This document shows positions 40,567-49,688 of a DNA stretch of 64,000 nt, piece by piece; the first letter of the stretch is position 1, and the number at the start of each line of letters is the position of its first letter. A program made the position numbers and the translations under genes. The notes under the pieces were generated by a model. The model was not told where the DNA came from, did no database searches, and saw only the letters and a list, made by a program, of their open reading frames with translations. The stretch covers positions 1,185,887 through 1,249,886 of the forward strand of contig OZ246394.1 in the NCBI GenBank assembly GCA_965230895.1, given 5' to 3'. The DNA comes from an uncultured Gammaproteobacteria bacterium (GTDB lineage: Bacteria; Patescibacteriota; Microgenomatia; Levybacterales; UBA12049).

Positions 40567-40896
40567 TTAAACTTGTGCAGTGAAGAGGTTAATTATTGAG
40601 AGAAGTACTCCAAACAATAGCGCCCAACCGAAATTATCGATCGTAAATCCTGGGACAATTGAACTAGCAAGAAGAACGACTAACGCATTAATCACAATCG
40701 TAAAAAGCCCCAGCGTTACAATTGTTAACGGTAACGTTAAAAGCAAAAGTAATGGCTTTACTAATACATTTAAAATACCGAGGACCACGGCAAAGACCAA
40801 TGCTGCGAAGAAATTATCGACATGCACCCCAGGAAGAAGATATGCTGCGATGAGAACAACAATTGCGCTGAGAAACCATCCAATTATGATATTCAT
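40567..40896 (-). CDS. 4-TM phage-holin-family (YvlD-like) membrane protein
   Basis: LNVLVKPLL...TLGLF...INA motif. Confidence 0.9.
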   Translation of the reverse strand: MNIIIGWFLSAIVVLIAAYLLPGVHVDNFFAALVFAVVLGILNVLVKPLLLLLTLPLTIVTLGLFTIVINALVVLLASSIVPGFTIDNFGWALLFGVLLSIINLFTAQV

Positions 40897-40932
40897 GAAC
40901 CAATTATAATCTCTGCCAAATCGCTTTGCAAA

Positions 40933-41631
40933 TCACTCACCATGTGCAAAAGTGACTCCCCAGACATGTCTCACACCTGCCCTTTTGACTGTATTGGCAG
41001 CCTCTTTCAATGTCGCTCCTGATGTTACTACGTCATCCACAAGAAAAACTTGCGGATATTCTTTCATAATTCTTTCAAACTCTGCCTTTACCCTAAAAGC
41101 ACCTTTTATATTTTCCTGCCGTAATTCTTTGGACAACCCAACCTGTGTCTTCGTCTCTTTTACCCTTTCGAGACAATCAATAACTGGGATACCAAATCGC
41201 TCCGCAATACCTTTTGCCAGAAGATATGATTGATTGTATCCGCGTTTTCTTAATTTTTTCTTATGTAATGGTATTGGTACTAGAACACTTTTTATGTAGA
41301 GTAATGGATAAAATAATTCTTTTTGGATAACTCCTTCGCAAAGCAACTCCGAAATCATTTTCTGCATATCAGTTAAATATGGTGAATACTTAAAACTAAA
41401 GACAATCTTTTTGACAACGCCCTTATACACAACACTTGGGAAAACTCCATCAATGCTATATTTCGTTTTGCATACAGGATGCGTTAGACCATCCAAAGAT
41501 TCTCTTTGACATAATACGCAAACCATATTGTCAGTAAATGAAATATACGATAAACAGTTCGAACACAGATATCCACCAGAGGCTTTACATTGGATGCAAT
41601 GTTTGGGGAAAAGAAAATCAAAGAGTAACAC
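40933..41631 (-). CDS. comF: ComF family competence protein
   Basis: N-terminal Cys zinc ribbons, RGYNQS, LVDDVVTSGAT. Confidence 0.93.
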   Translation of the reverse strand: MLLFDFLFPKHCIQCKASGGYLCSNCLSYISFTDNMVCVLCQRESLDGLTHPVCKTKYSIDGVFPSVVYKGVVKKIVFSFKYSPYLTDMQKMISELLCEGVIQKELFYPLLYIKSVLVPIPLHKKKLRKRGYNQSYLLAKGIAERFGIPVIDCLERVKETKTQVGLSKELRQENIKGAFRVKAEFERIMKEYPQVFLVDDVVTSGATLKEAANTVKRAGVRHVWGVTFAHGE

Positions 41632-41673
41632 AATAAAATTGTATTACTAAAATAGAATTTTGTCTACCAAATG

Positions 41674-41760
41674 CGGAGGGAACAGGATTCGAACCTGCGG
41701 TAGGTGTAACCCCACGACTCCTTAGCAAGGAGTTACCATAAACCACTCGGACATCCCTCC
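41674..41760 (-). tRNA. tRNA-Ser(GCT)
   Basis: Acceptor GGAGGGA/TCCCTCC, anticodon arm ACTCC-TTGCTAA-GGAGT, long variable arm, G73. Confidence 0.95.
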
Positions 41761-41781
41761 TCGTAAGAATGAACTCTTTTG

Positions 41782-41868
41782 CGGAGGAGATGAGATTCGA
41801 ACTCATGGACCCTTTGACAGGTCGGAGGTTTAGTAAACCTCTGCACTCGGCCACTATGCGACTCCTCC
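41782..41868 (-). tRNA. tRNA-Ser(ACT)
   Basis: Acceptor GGAGGAG/CTCCTCC, anticodon arm GAGGT-TTACTAA-ACCTC, long variable arm, TTCGAAT T-loop, G73. Confidence 0.9.
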
Positions 41869-41887
41869 TCGTGCATTTACGATAATG

Positions 41888-41974
41888 CGGAGAGAGTGGG
41901 ATTCGAACCCACGGAAGGCTTGCACCCTCAGATGTTTTCAAGACATCCGCACTCGACCACTATGCGATCTCTCC
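41888..41974 (-). tRNA. tRNA-Ser(TGA)
   Basis: Anticodon arm GATGT-CTTGAAA-ACATC, long variable arm. Confidence 0.95.
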
Positions 41975-42056
41975 GTAAATTAACGCTTTATATAAACGTC
42001 GTCTGCCTATTATAGCATTTCTTGACTTCCTTTTTCTAATCAGTTAGAGTGAAAAT

Positions 42057-42617
42057 ATGCCTACTGCCCAAGAAAAAACCAAAGATCCTCAAAAAAATGA
42101 CGAGGAATTTTATGAGGAACATAATGTAAAAACGTTTATGTCCTGGCATGCTCCGGGAAGACCGTACAGAAAACGGTCCAGAGAATATTACATTAATAGT
42201 TTTCTCATAACTATGGCTCTGGAAATAATCCTTTTTCTCTTCTCACAATATCTTCTTATGCTCGTCGTTTTCTCTCTTGCGTTCCTCGCTTTTGCTTTGG
42301 CAATTGTTCCACCGCATAAATTTTATTACAGCATCAGCTCCGAAGGCATTCGAGTTGAAGATAATTATTTTATTTGGGAAGAACTTTACGACTTCTATTT
42401 TATGGAACGACAAGGCGTAGATGTACTCCACGTTCGAACAAAAGCATATTTCCCAGGAGAACTCACCATAGTTTTAGGTGATCTTCCTGTAGAACAGGTA
42501 CGAAAAGTCCTTCTTATGTTTCTTCCTTTCCGGGAATATGTCGAGCCGACATTTATGGAAAAAGCTGGCGATTGGTTAGAAAGAAATTTTCCACTGGAAC
42601 GATCTCCACAGCAATAA
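42057..42617 (+). CDS. Membrane protein (DUF5673-like)
   Basis: SWHAP, 2 TM, YSISSEGI...IWEELYDF. Confidence 0.7.
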   Translation: MPTAQEKTKDPQKNDEEFYEEHNVKTFMSWHAPGRPYRKRSREYYINSFLITMALEIILFLFSQYLLMLVVFSLAFLAFALAIVPPHKFYYSISSEGIRVEDNYFIWEELYDFYFMERQGVDVLHVRTKAYFPGELTIVLGDLPVEQVRKVLLMFLPFREYVEPTFMEKAGDWLERNFPLERSPQQ

Positions 42618-42670
42618 ATTCCATATCAGTTGCCTCGAAAACCTGTTTAAGGTAAAATACACTTTATTAT

Positions 42671-42744
42671 GCACCCGTAGCTCAGCTGGATAGAGCGCAA
42701 CATTGCGGATGTTGAGGTCGGAAGTTCGAATCTTCTCGGGTGTA
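42671..42744 (+). tRNA. tRNA-Arg(GCG)
   Basis: GCACCCG/CGGGTGT acceptor, anticodon arm CAACA-TTGCGGA-TGTTG. Confidence 0.93.
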
Positions 42745-42755
42745 CTCAAATGGTT

Positions 42756-42845
42756 GGAGGGATCGCATAGTGGTCGAGTGCGGCGGTTTCGAAAACCGCT
42801 GTTCCGATTTTTTCGGAACCGAGGGTTCGAATCCCTCTCCCTCCG
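42756..42845 (+). tRNA. tRNA-Ser(CGA)
   Basis: Anticodon arm GCGGT-TTCGAAA-ACCGC, long variable arm. Confidence 0.95.
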
Positions 42846-42853
42846 CAACACGC

Positions 42854-43801
42854 TTATTTCTTCTTACTCGCTTTTCCAAATAACTGCAGTTCGAAGATAA
42901 AAGCGATCATAAGCGCAATTGCGGCAAGGACTATAACTTTAAAAAGACCTCTCGCAATTTTGTTCACATTCTTCTCTTCAAGCCGATGCATCAACGTACG
43001 AAGTCTTGCTCTCCACTCTTTCTTGTCGGTTTCACTCATATCTGATGTCTCGATATCCACTCGAGCCTTTTTTGCACGTTCTAGTGCGTCTTTTTGTGCA
43101 GGATCTTCTTCTTCATCTTCAGGAGCAACAGGAGTTTCAGGATCCTCTTCTTCAATAGATGGGACACCGTCTAAAAGCTCTGCTTTTTGTTCATCATTTA
43201 GTTTTGAATCCTGCAATAGTGACTCTCTATGCTCTTTTTTCAGTCCAGTCATTGCAGCTTTAACAGCTTGCATCTCTTCAGGAGTCAGCTGTTCTTTCCC
43301 TTTAATAAGCTTGTCGACAGCCAATCGTTGTTTTACAACTTCCTTATCTTCTTCGCTCAGATCAAGTTTATCGACGAGATCCTCAGGCTTAGAGGTAGGT
43401 TCTCCTTCTTCAGCTTCATCTGCAGAGAAATCGTCCTCAGGAGCAAGCACTTCACGAATCTTACCATCAGTCAGAGAGAGATCTTTCAATGATTGAGAAA
43501 AAGCCTCCCTGGCTTTTGCACTAACCGCTACATCTTGTTCATCTACCTCATCATTTTCATTCGAATCTGTAGCTTTAATAATTTCGTACACTTCGAGTTT
43601 TAATTCAGACTTATGCTCTTCCGAGATGTTTCCTTCTGCATCAATTGGAGTTTGTTTTACTTTCCACAAAAGCTCTTTTACATTTTCAGCAATATTTGCT
43701 GTAGCAAATGCATCTCGTCTTTCATGATCCGGGATCATGGCTTCATAGTGAGCTTGTTTTTCATGCTCGAGTTCTTGTTCGTGATTATCTCCTAATTCCA
43801 T
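42854..43801 (-). CDS. Acidic helical hypothetical protein with C-terminal TM
   Basis: 315-aa E/K-rich ORF, tail anchor. Confidence 0.75.
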   Translation of the reverse strand: MELGDNHEQELEHEKQAHYEAMIPDHERRDAFATANIAENVKELLWKVKQTPIDAEGNISEEHKSELKLEVYEIIKATDSNENDEVDEQDVAVSAKAREAFSQSLKDLSLTDGKIREVLAPEDDFSADEAEEGEPTSKPEDLVDKLDLSEEDKEVVKQRLAVDKLIKGKEQLTPEEMQAVKAAMTGLKKEHRESLLQDSKLNDEQKAELLDGVPSIEEEDPETPVAPEDEEEDPAQKDALERAKKARVDIETSDMSETDKKEWRARLRTLMHRLEEKNVNKIARGLFKVIVLAAIALMIAFIFELQLFGKASKKK

Positions 43802-43956
43802 ACATTTCCTTTCTTTATCCTCTATTATTTAGCCTGAATTGTCAAGTAGAACCTGACCTTGGCTTCATACGAAAGAATACGTTATAATTACAAAACGATT
43901 ATAGGAAAACTCTTCATTTTATACTTGATATTTTCCTTATAAAAAAATTACGATTT

Positions 43957-44043
43957 GGAGGAGTCGGATAGCGGTCTATTCCACACGCTTGGAAAGCGTG
44001 CGAGCGCAAGCTCACGCGGGTTCGAATCCCGCCTCCTCCGCCA
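43957..44043 (+). tRNA. tRNA-Ser(GGA)
   Basis: Anticodon arm CACGC-TTGGAAA-GCGTG, long variable arm, encoded CCA. Confidence 0.95.
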
Positions 44044-44108
44044 TCTATATTTTTGCTTCACTTTAAACACCAAACGGTACGGTTTGAAATTTTGTTATAA
44101 TTTAAGGA

Positions 44109-44552
44109 ATGCAAACTGATCGATTTCACCTTATTGGCGCCGTTTTTATTATTCTAGAAAAGGATGGTAAAGTCTTCCTCACTCGTAGACAAAATACAGG
44201 TTGGGAAGATGGTAAATATTCACTTACTGGTGGTCATTTAGACGGAGAAGAAACAGCAAAACAAGCAGCAATACGAGAAGCTAAAGAAGAATTAGGCGTT
44301 ACAATTGATCCAAACGATGTGCAGTTTGTGAACGTAAGTCATCTTATTACTAATAGTGAAAGAATCCACTTTACTTTTATTGCTAAGAGCTGGGAAGGGG
44401 AACCCCGAAATAATGAACCTGAGAAAGCTGACGATGGCCAATGGTTTGATATCGATAATTTACCTGAGAATATAATGGAAGTATCGAAGCAAACAATTAA
44501 TTGGTATAAAAATAATATCGTCTACACAGAATTCGGTTGGGATAATAAATAA
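44109..44552 (+). CDS. NUDIX hydrolase
   Basis: GHLDGEETAKQAAIREAKEELG Nudix box, NNEPEK. Confidence 0.93.
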   Translation: MQTDRFHLIGAVFIILEKDGKVFLTRRQNTGWEDGKYSLTGGHLDGEETAKQAAIREAKEELGVTIDPNDVQFVNVSHLITNSERIHFTFIAKSWEGEPRNNEPEKADDGQWFDIDNLPENIMEVSKQTINWYKNNIVYTEFGWDNK

Positions 44553-44627
44553 GTTCCAACATCGTCCCACTTGGCCCGCACCTCGGATACTATTGACATC
44601 GCAAGGTAAATCCATCACACTGAAATT

Positions 44628-46610
44628 ATGCGTAGTTCTGCCCTCGCTCGTTCGTTTGCGAAATTTTTCTTTTCTTTTATTCTTTCTGCCGGTGTAGGCC
44701 TTGCCTTCTTCTTCAGCTTCGCGAACTTTGCATCAGCACAGACTGTTACTCCAATCCCTACTGCAGTTACCCAGCCAGCTACCTATGATGAGTTCCGTAC
44801 ACCAAATGTGGATCCTGATGTCCCACGAAATCATCATACATATGTACAAGTTGTTGTTATTGATCTGCTATCAGCATTAATGTGCCAAATGATAGGTGTA
44901 GATCCTACATCTCCGACACAACAATGCTTAACCTTTAACCCTGTTACAAATAATTTAGGCTATGCAGACCAACAATTTGGACAGTCGTCCTCCCCACAAC
45001 TTGGAGGAGCAGTCGGAACCATGGCGACACTAATCGGTGGTATGTATACACCAACAGTCAGCTCTACACAATACATGAGTTATCTGTCTTCAAACTTCGG
45101 TATCGTTAAGACTGCAAATGCACAGGCACCAGCTGGAGGAGATTGTTCAAAGGATACTAATTTTGGATATGGATTCTGCGGATTACAGCCTATTTTTAAT
45201 TTATGGGTAGCAATGAGAGACTTCTCATATGCGCTACTGGTAATAGCCTTTATTTTCCTGGGTGTTGGTGTGATGCTGCGTTTTAAAGTCGACCCGAGGA
45301 CAGTAATGAATCTCCAGAACCAGATTCCAAGAGTCATTATCGCGATCCTTCTTATTACGTTTTCTTATGCGATTGCCGGTGGAATGGTTGACCTGATGTG
45401 GACGGTCACATACTCTGGCGTAAATATGATTGCAAGTACTACCCCCGATGCAAAAGTTAGAGAAGGTTGCGGCAACGAACCTGGGGACGGAGTTTCATTG
45501 ACAGAATCCGCCACAAATAACTTATTAGACAATCCTGTTAGTTTTGCGAATAGAATTTATTTACGTGATTGTAATGGCGTGGATAGCGGAATTGTAAATG
45601 TTTCAGGCCGCGTAACAGATGCATTCATTGCGCTGGCTATAAGCATCATCAAGGAGATCACTGGATGGAATATAGACAATCTTAATTGCGGCGTTATTAC
45701 AGGAAATATTGGTGATTGTCTTGTTGAAGCAGGACTATGGCTAACTGAGCTGATCATCACACTTATTATCTTGGTGACTATATTTATTGCTCTTTTCCGA
45801 CTATGGTTTGAACTTATAAAGGCTTATATTACCTTCTTTATTTTCGTAATTCTTGGTCCGATATGGATTGTGCTAGGACTTGTGCCGGGAAGACCTCTCG
45901 GCTTTGAGAAATGGTTCAGATTGATCTTTGCAAACCTTGCAGCGTTCCCACTTGTAGCTTTTATTCTTGTCTTCGCTCGAGTTGTTGTGGAGTCTGTACA
46001 AAAAGACCCAACAGTACCTGTTAATCCGACAGCAATCTTTGTTCCACCACTTGTAGGAAATCCTAATGCAAATGCATTCGGGGTACTCCTCGCTTTAGGG
46101 GCAATTCTTATCGCGCCAACCATCCCAGGCATGATCCGCGAAAGAATGAAGGTTGGACAAGGTAAGTTCGGTACGACAATTGCAGCAGGACTTGGTATTG
46201 CGACAGGAATTGCAGCAGCGCCTGCCACCAAGGCTTGGAAGAGTCTTAATAGAAGGAATTCAACAACAGGAGCTCCTGAGGGAACTTTGGCAGTATGGAA
46301 GCATCGAGCTGCCGGAAAGGTACCTGGTGTAAAAACCTTACGAGCACGAAATGCGGCAACAAGGCAACAATACGCTGCCGAGCAACAAGGACAAAATCTT
46401 TCAAGAAGAGAAGCACTCTTTAATACAGCAACAGAAGGTGGAGCAAGAAGACAACGTATTTTCGGAAGAGCAACTAATCAAGAACAACAAAGGATGTATA
46501 GCAAAACATCGGGAGAGGAGAGACAAAATCTTTTCAATCAAGCGTCATCCCAACAAAAGCAAAACCTTATCAACCAAGATCACGACGAGGCAAAGAAACA
46601 GAATAAATAA
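44628..46610 (+). CDS. VirB6/TrbL-like polytopic T4SS membrane protein
   Basis: W..MRDFSY, QIPRVIIAILLITFSYAIAG..VD, ILGPI..LG..PG pattern; multiple TMs, basic C-tail. Confidence 0.7.
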   Translation: MRSSALARSFAKFFFSFILSAGVGLAFFFSFANFASAQTVTPIPTAVTQPATYDEFRTPNVDPDVPRNHHTYVQVVVIDLLSALMCQMIGVDPTSPTQQCLTFNPVTNNLGYADQQFGQSSSPQLGGAVGTMATLIGGMYTPTVSSTQYMSYLSSNFGIVKTANAQAPAGGDCSKDTNFGYGFCGLQPIFNLWVAMRDFSYALLVIAFIFLGVGVMLRFKVDPRTVMNLQNQIPRVIIAILLITFSYAIAGGMVDLMWTVTYSGVNMIASTTPDAKVREGCGNEPGDGVSLTESATNNLLDNPVSFANRIYLRDCNGVDSGIVNVSGRVTDAFIALAISIIKEITGWNIDNLNCGVITGNIGDCLVEAGLWLTELIITLIILVTIFIALFRLWFELIKAYITFFIFVILGPIWIVLGLVPGRPLGFEKWFRLIFANLAAFPLVAFILVFARVVVESVQKDPTVPVNPTAIFVPPLVGNPNANAFGVLLALGAILIAPTIPGMIRERMKVGQGKFGTTIAAGLGIATGIAAAPATKAWKSLNRRNSTTGAPEGTLAVWKHRAAGKVPGVKTLRARNAATRQQYAAEQQGQNLSRREALFNTATEGGARRQRIFGRATNQEQQRMYSKTSGEERQNLFNQASSQQKQNLINQDHDEAKKQNK

Positions 46611-46637
46611 GAAGCCGAGAATATTAGAGAAGAAGAG

Positions 46638-49568
46638 TTAATACCCTCTAAAGACTGCATTAAGGAACATAGTCACAGAATCACTTAATCCTCCATCAGA
46701 TTTATGTTTGGTTAGATCCTGCCAGAGGCCACGAAGGAACATTCTGAATTCGGTAGTCTTGGAAAGATTCTTCAACCATTTGATATCTTCTTTCGAGAAG
46801 AAGTTCTTGGTTACAGCTCCAGCAGTAAGATTAAATTCATCACCAAGGAAGTCTGCCGGGATCGAGTTAATTGCATCGAGAACTGTCGTGAAATAGTGAA
46901 CATTATAATTTGGATCTTTACTATGCTTGTCTATGTGTGTCCATAAGTCTCCCCCAAGTTTCATTAGCGCCCATTGTTTGTATGCTTGCGTTGGTTTCTC
47001 TTGGAGCTTTGTATAGTCAATCTCATAGCGACCATCAGCACCGATAATCCACTTCCCTGGTTTATCTTTTCCATTTTCATCTTTTTCACATTTACGATAT
47101 TCAGGAATGTCCAATATTTGATGCCCAAAAAGTGCCTCTCCCAACGGCATTTCTCGGAACTCATACTTATCCTTGCCATTCTTATCTCGTCCCATGAAGA
47201 CTTGATCCCGGACAAGCATGCTGTAGTTTACTTCACCAAACGTGTCAAATAAATATCGGAGCGGTTTCAAGAAATCTTCCTGAATTTCTTTCTGGAATTC
47301 TTCCCTATTGAAACTCATATGGCGGGTGAGAGGATCATACTTAGAGAATTTATCAAACTTAATCTCCTTTGCGCCCATAAGTCCATCGTATACTTTTTGA
47401 GCACGAGCGACGTGGTTCGCGACGTAATTTGTCATCGCCCGCTCATGGAACTCCAATTGTCCGGCGACACGGTTAGCGCTTTTATATAAATCTTCAAGTT
47501 CTTTCCGCTTTGCATTATATTTTTCAACATCATTTTTAGACTCCTCTATTTCTTTTTCCAAACGTTTTCTCGCTGCAAGCTGCTCAAGTCGCGTTTCGTT
47601 CATATCTTCAAAGACTTCACGGAGTGCTTTTTTTCGAGTTTGCTTTTTTCCGTTACGATCAACAACTTCATTGCCATCTTTATCTTTTGAATTTGTATAG
47701 GCCTGAGACACGCGAATACCATTCATGAAGTCCAACATTACTCGCTTGAACATCGGAATTGTATACAGATTACCTGCGCCATTACCACGTGAATCGGTAA
47801 CCATCTTTCGACGATATCCTTCTGTTCCCGTAAGCTTCTTTGTCGAGTCATACGCTGAAAAACCAACGTCATTTCTTGTCGCAGCTCCAGAAAAACGTAG
47901 CCATGATTTGGCGAGAAGAAGCGCCATATCCAAACTCGCATTGTCGACCACCATTGCATCACCATGATCGAGGGCATGTTCGTCAACTGCATAGATATTC
48001 TGTTCTCCCGAAGTAAATGAATGCTGGTCTTGAAGCGAAATTTTGAGTGCCTCTCGTACCACTTTTTCTAGCATTCCACTGTAGGCCATAGCGCCAAAGT
48101 AGTTTGCAAACGCTGAAAATCCACCTTTCTTTTCACCGGTTTTTGGGTCAATCTGATATTCCACAGCGTTTCCCTCTTTGTCAAAAGCAGCATCAAAACC
48201 ATTTGCTTGATCACCTAGGAATACCATCATTTCATCACGGCTAACGCGAGTTTGTTTATGTTTGCTTTTTACAACATTCTTCATCGCTTGCTTCCATGTA
48301 TCCTTCTGGAAGAATATTGAATCTTCCCCCATGACATTCTGCAATTCTTTGAAATCAGCCAGATTATAGTAGGCAAGCAAAGCCGTCGTAAATGCTGCTC
48401 CGACTTTATCATCAGGTTGTTCTTTGTTGTAGTCAAGCGCAAACGTAGACATAAAGTATGTCATGCTTTTACCATAGGAGGATTTTGTAATCTTATTCTT
48501 ATAATACAACTCGTTCAATTTCTTCGTGAGGTCTCCACCGCTTGACATCACTGTCTGGTAGTTTAGATCATAGTTTCGGAGATACATGACAGACAGCACT
48601 TCTTTAAGCAATTGATCATAAAGCTCTGTATTCATATGATTATCTTCATCATTAAAGAAACGAGATTTTTCGTCGATGAGGTCGTCAAGGGTAACAGGGC
48701 GGTATTCTTTTGGAATTTTGACTGCATGAAAGAAATCCACTTCAGAATCTGGTTCTTTATCATCAGCATAGAAGACGATAATCGTACGCATCCATCGCAT
48801 AAAATTTGCGTTATTCACATGATATCTTCCTCTAAATTCACCTTTCTCATCTTTCCGTACTTCCATCTGCATGATTGGGTATCGTCCATTAATACCAAAT
48901 TCAGCAGAGTCGTTGTAACCGATTTGCCAACCAAGTTGCTCTAATCCTTGAGGAGTTTTACTATCGTATTCGTTTTTATTCTCGTCGTTGAATTCATCAT
49001 AAAGAACATATTTGCGGACATATTCATCACGATCGATGCCAAGTCCGTGCGTTTCATTTGTGAGGAGCACTCGTTTTCTATAGTCTTTGCGGCTCCCACC
49101 ATATCGTTCTACGTAACGATCGACCTCGGCCTGAATTTCATTTTCGGCCTTATCACTCAAGTTAAGCATTTCACGGGTTTTGGCAACTGCCGCATCACCT
49201 GTGTAACCCTGGCCGACGAGGATTTCCATGAGGTTGTTAATTTTCCCTCGGACAGCTCTCTTTTCAAGCTCTGTCATAGCTGTTTCATCCCAATCAAGTA
49301 TTTTTTTGAGGTTCTCAGCAACTTCTTTTTTTTGTTTATTCTCTTCATTTTCTACATCCCAACCAAATTCCTTCCAGCTATCCATTTTACGAAGTACTGT
49401 TCCTTGTTTTTTCTCGGCTTGTTCCGCTTCAACACCAGCATCTAAGCCTGCTTCAAACTCTCGGAGCTCTTCCTCAATCTCAGACCATCTTTTCGGAGAA
49501 ATTCTTTTTGCAGCTGCAACGGCCTCTTCTGCAGAGTTTTCGGCAACATCTACTCCACCTTCATTCAT
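46638..49568 (-). CDS. Large charged hypothetical protein (~976 aa)
   Basis: Long ORF, TATAAT-N6-ATG at 49568; no family recognised. Confidence 0.8.
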   Translation of the reverse strand: MNEGGVDVAENSAEEAVAAAKRISPKRWSEIEEELREFEAGLDAGVEAEQAEKKQGTVLRKMDSWKEFGWDVENEENKQKKEVAENLKKILDWDETAMTELEKRAVRGKINNLMEILVGQGYTGDAAVAKTREMLNLSDKAENEIQAEVDRYVERYGGSRKDYRKRVLLTNETHGLGIDRDEYVRKYVLYDEFNDENKNEYDSKTPQGLEQLGWQIGYNDSAEFGINGRYPIMQMEVRKDEKGEFRGRYHVNNANFMRWMRTIIVFYADDKEPDSEVDFFHAVKIPKEYRPVTLDDLIDEKSRFFNDEDNHMNTELYDQLLKEVLSVMYLRNYDLNYQTVMSSGGDLTKKLNELYYKNKITKSSYGKSMTYFMSTFALDYNKEQPDDKVGAAFTTALLAYYNLADFKELQNVMGEDSIFFQKDTWKQAMKNVVKSKHKQTRVSRDEMMVFLGDQANGFDAAFDKEGNAVEYQIDPKTGEKKGGFSAFANYFGAMAYSGMLEKVVREALKISLQDQHSFTSGEQNIYAVDEHALDHGDAMVVDNASLDMALLLAKSWLRFSGAATRNDVGFSAYDSTKKLTGTEGYRRKMVTDSRGNGAGNLYTIPMFKRVMLDFMNGIRVSQAYTNSKDKDGNEVVDRNGKKQTRKKALREVFEDMNETRLEQLAARKRLEKEIEESKNDVEKYNAKRKELEDLYKSANRVAGQLEFHERAMTNYVANHVARAQKVYDGLMGAKEIKFDKFSKYDPLTRHMSFNREEFQKEIQEDFLKPLRYLFDTFGEVNYSMLVRDQVFMGRDKNGKDKYEFREMPLGEALFGHQILDIPEYRKCEKDENGKDKPGKWIIGADGRYEIDYTKLQEKPTQAYKQWALMKLGGDLWTHIDKHSKDPNYNVHYFTTVLDAINSIPADFLGDEFNLTAGAVTKNFFSKEDIKWLKNLSKTTEFRMFLRGLWQDLTKHKSDGGLSDSVTMFLNAVFRGY

Positions 49569-49688
49569 AGTTCTATTATATCGGCTTGCGGAGAAGCCAG
49601 TCAATTCACTGTGGTTTTCCATAGTAGGCGCATTGTAAAAGAAGAAGGGAGAATGTACTTTATATTGAAATTACAAAATAATTACAAT

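Noticed and set aside
40567-40896. Holin as evidence for a prophage
   Set aside because: YvlD-like family is commonly chromosomal; no phage genes nearby
41618-42900. ORFs 41618..41941, 42576..42851, 42682..42879, 42703..42900
   Set aside because: Shadows of tRNA genes
42960-43496. 178-aa Ser-rich plus-strand ORF
   Set aside because: Antisense shadow of the Glu-rich gene 42854..43801
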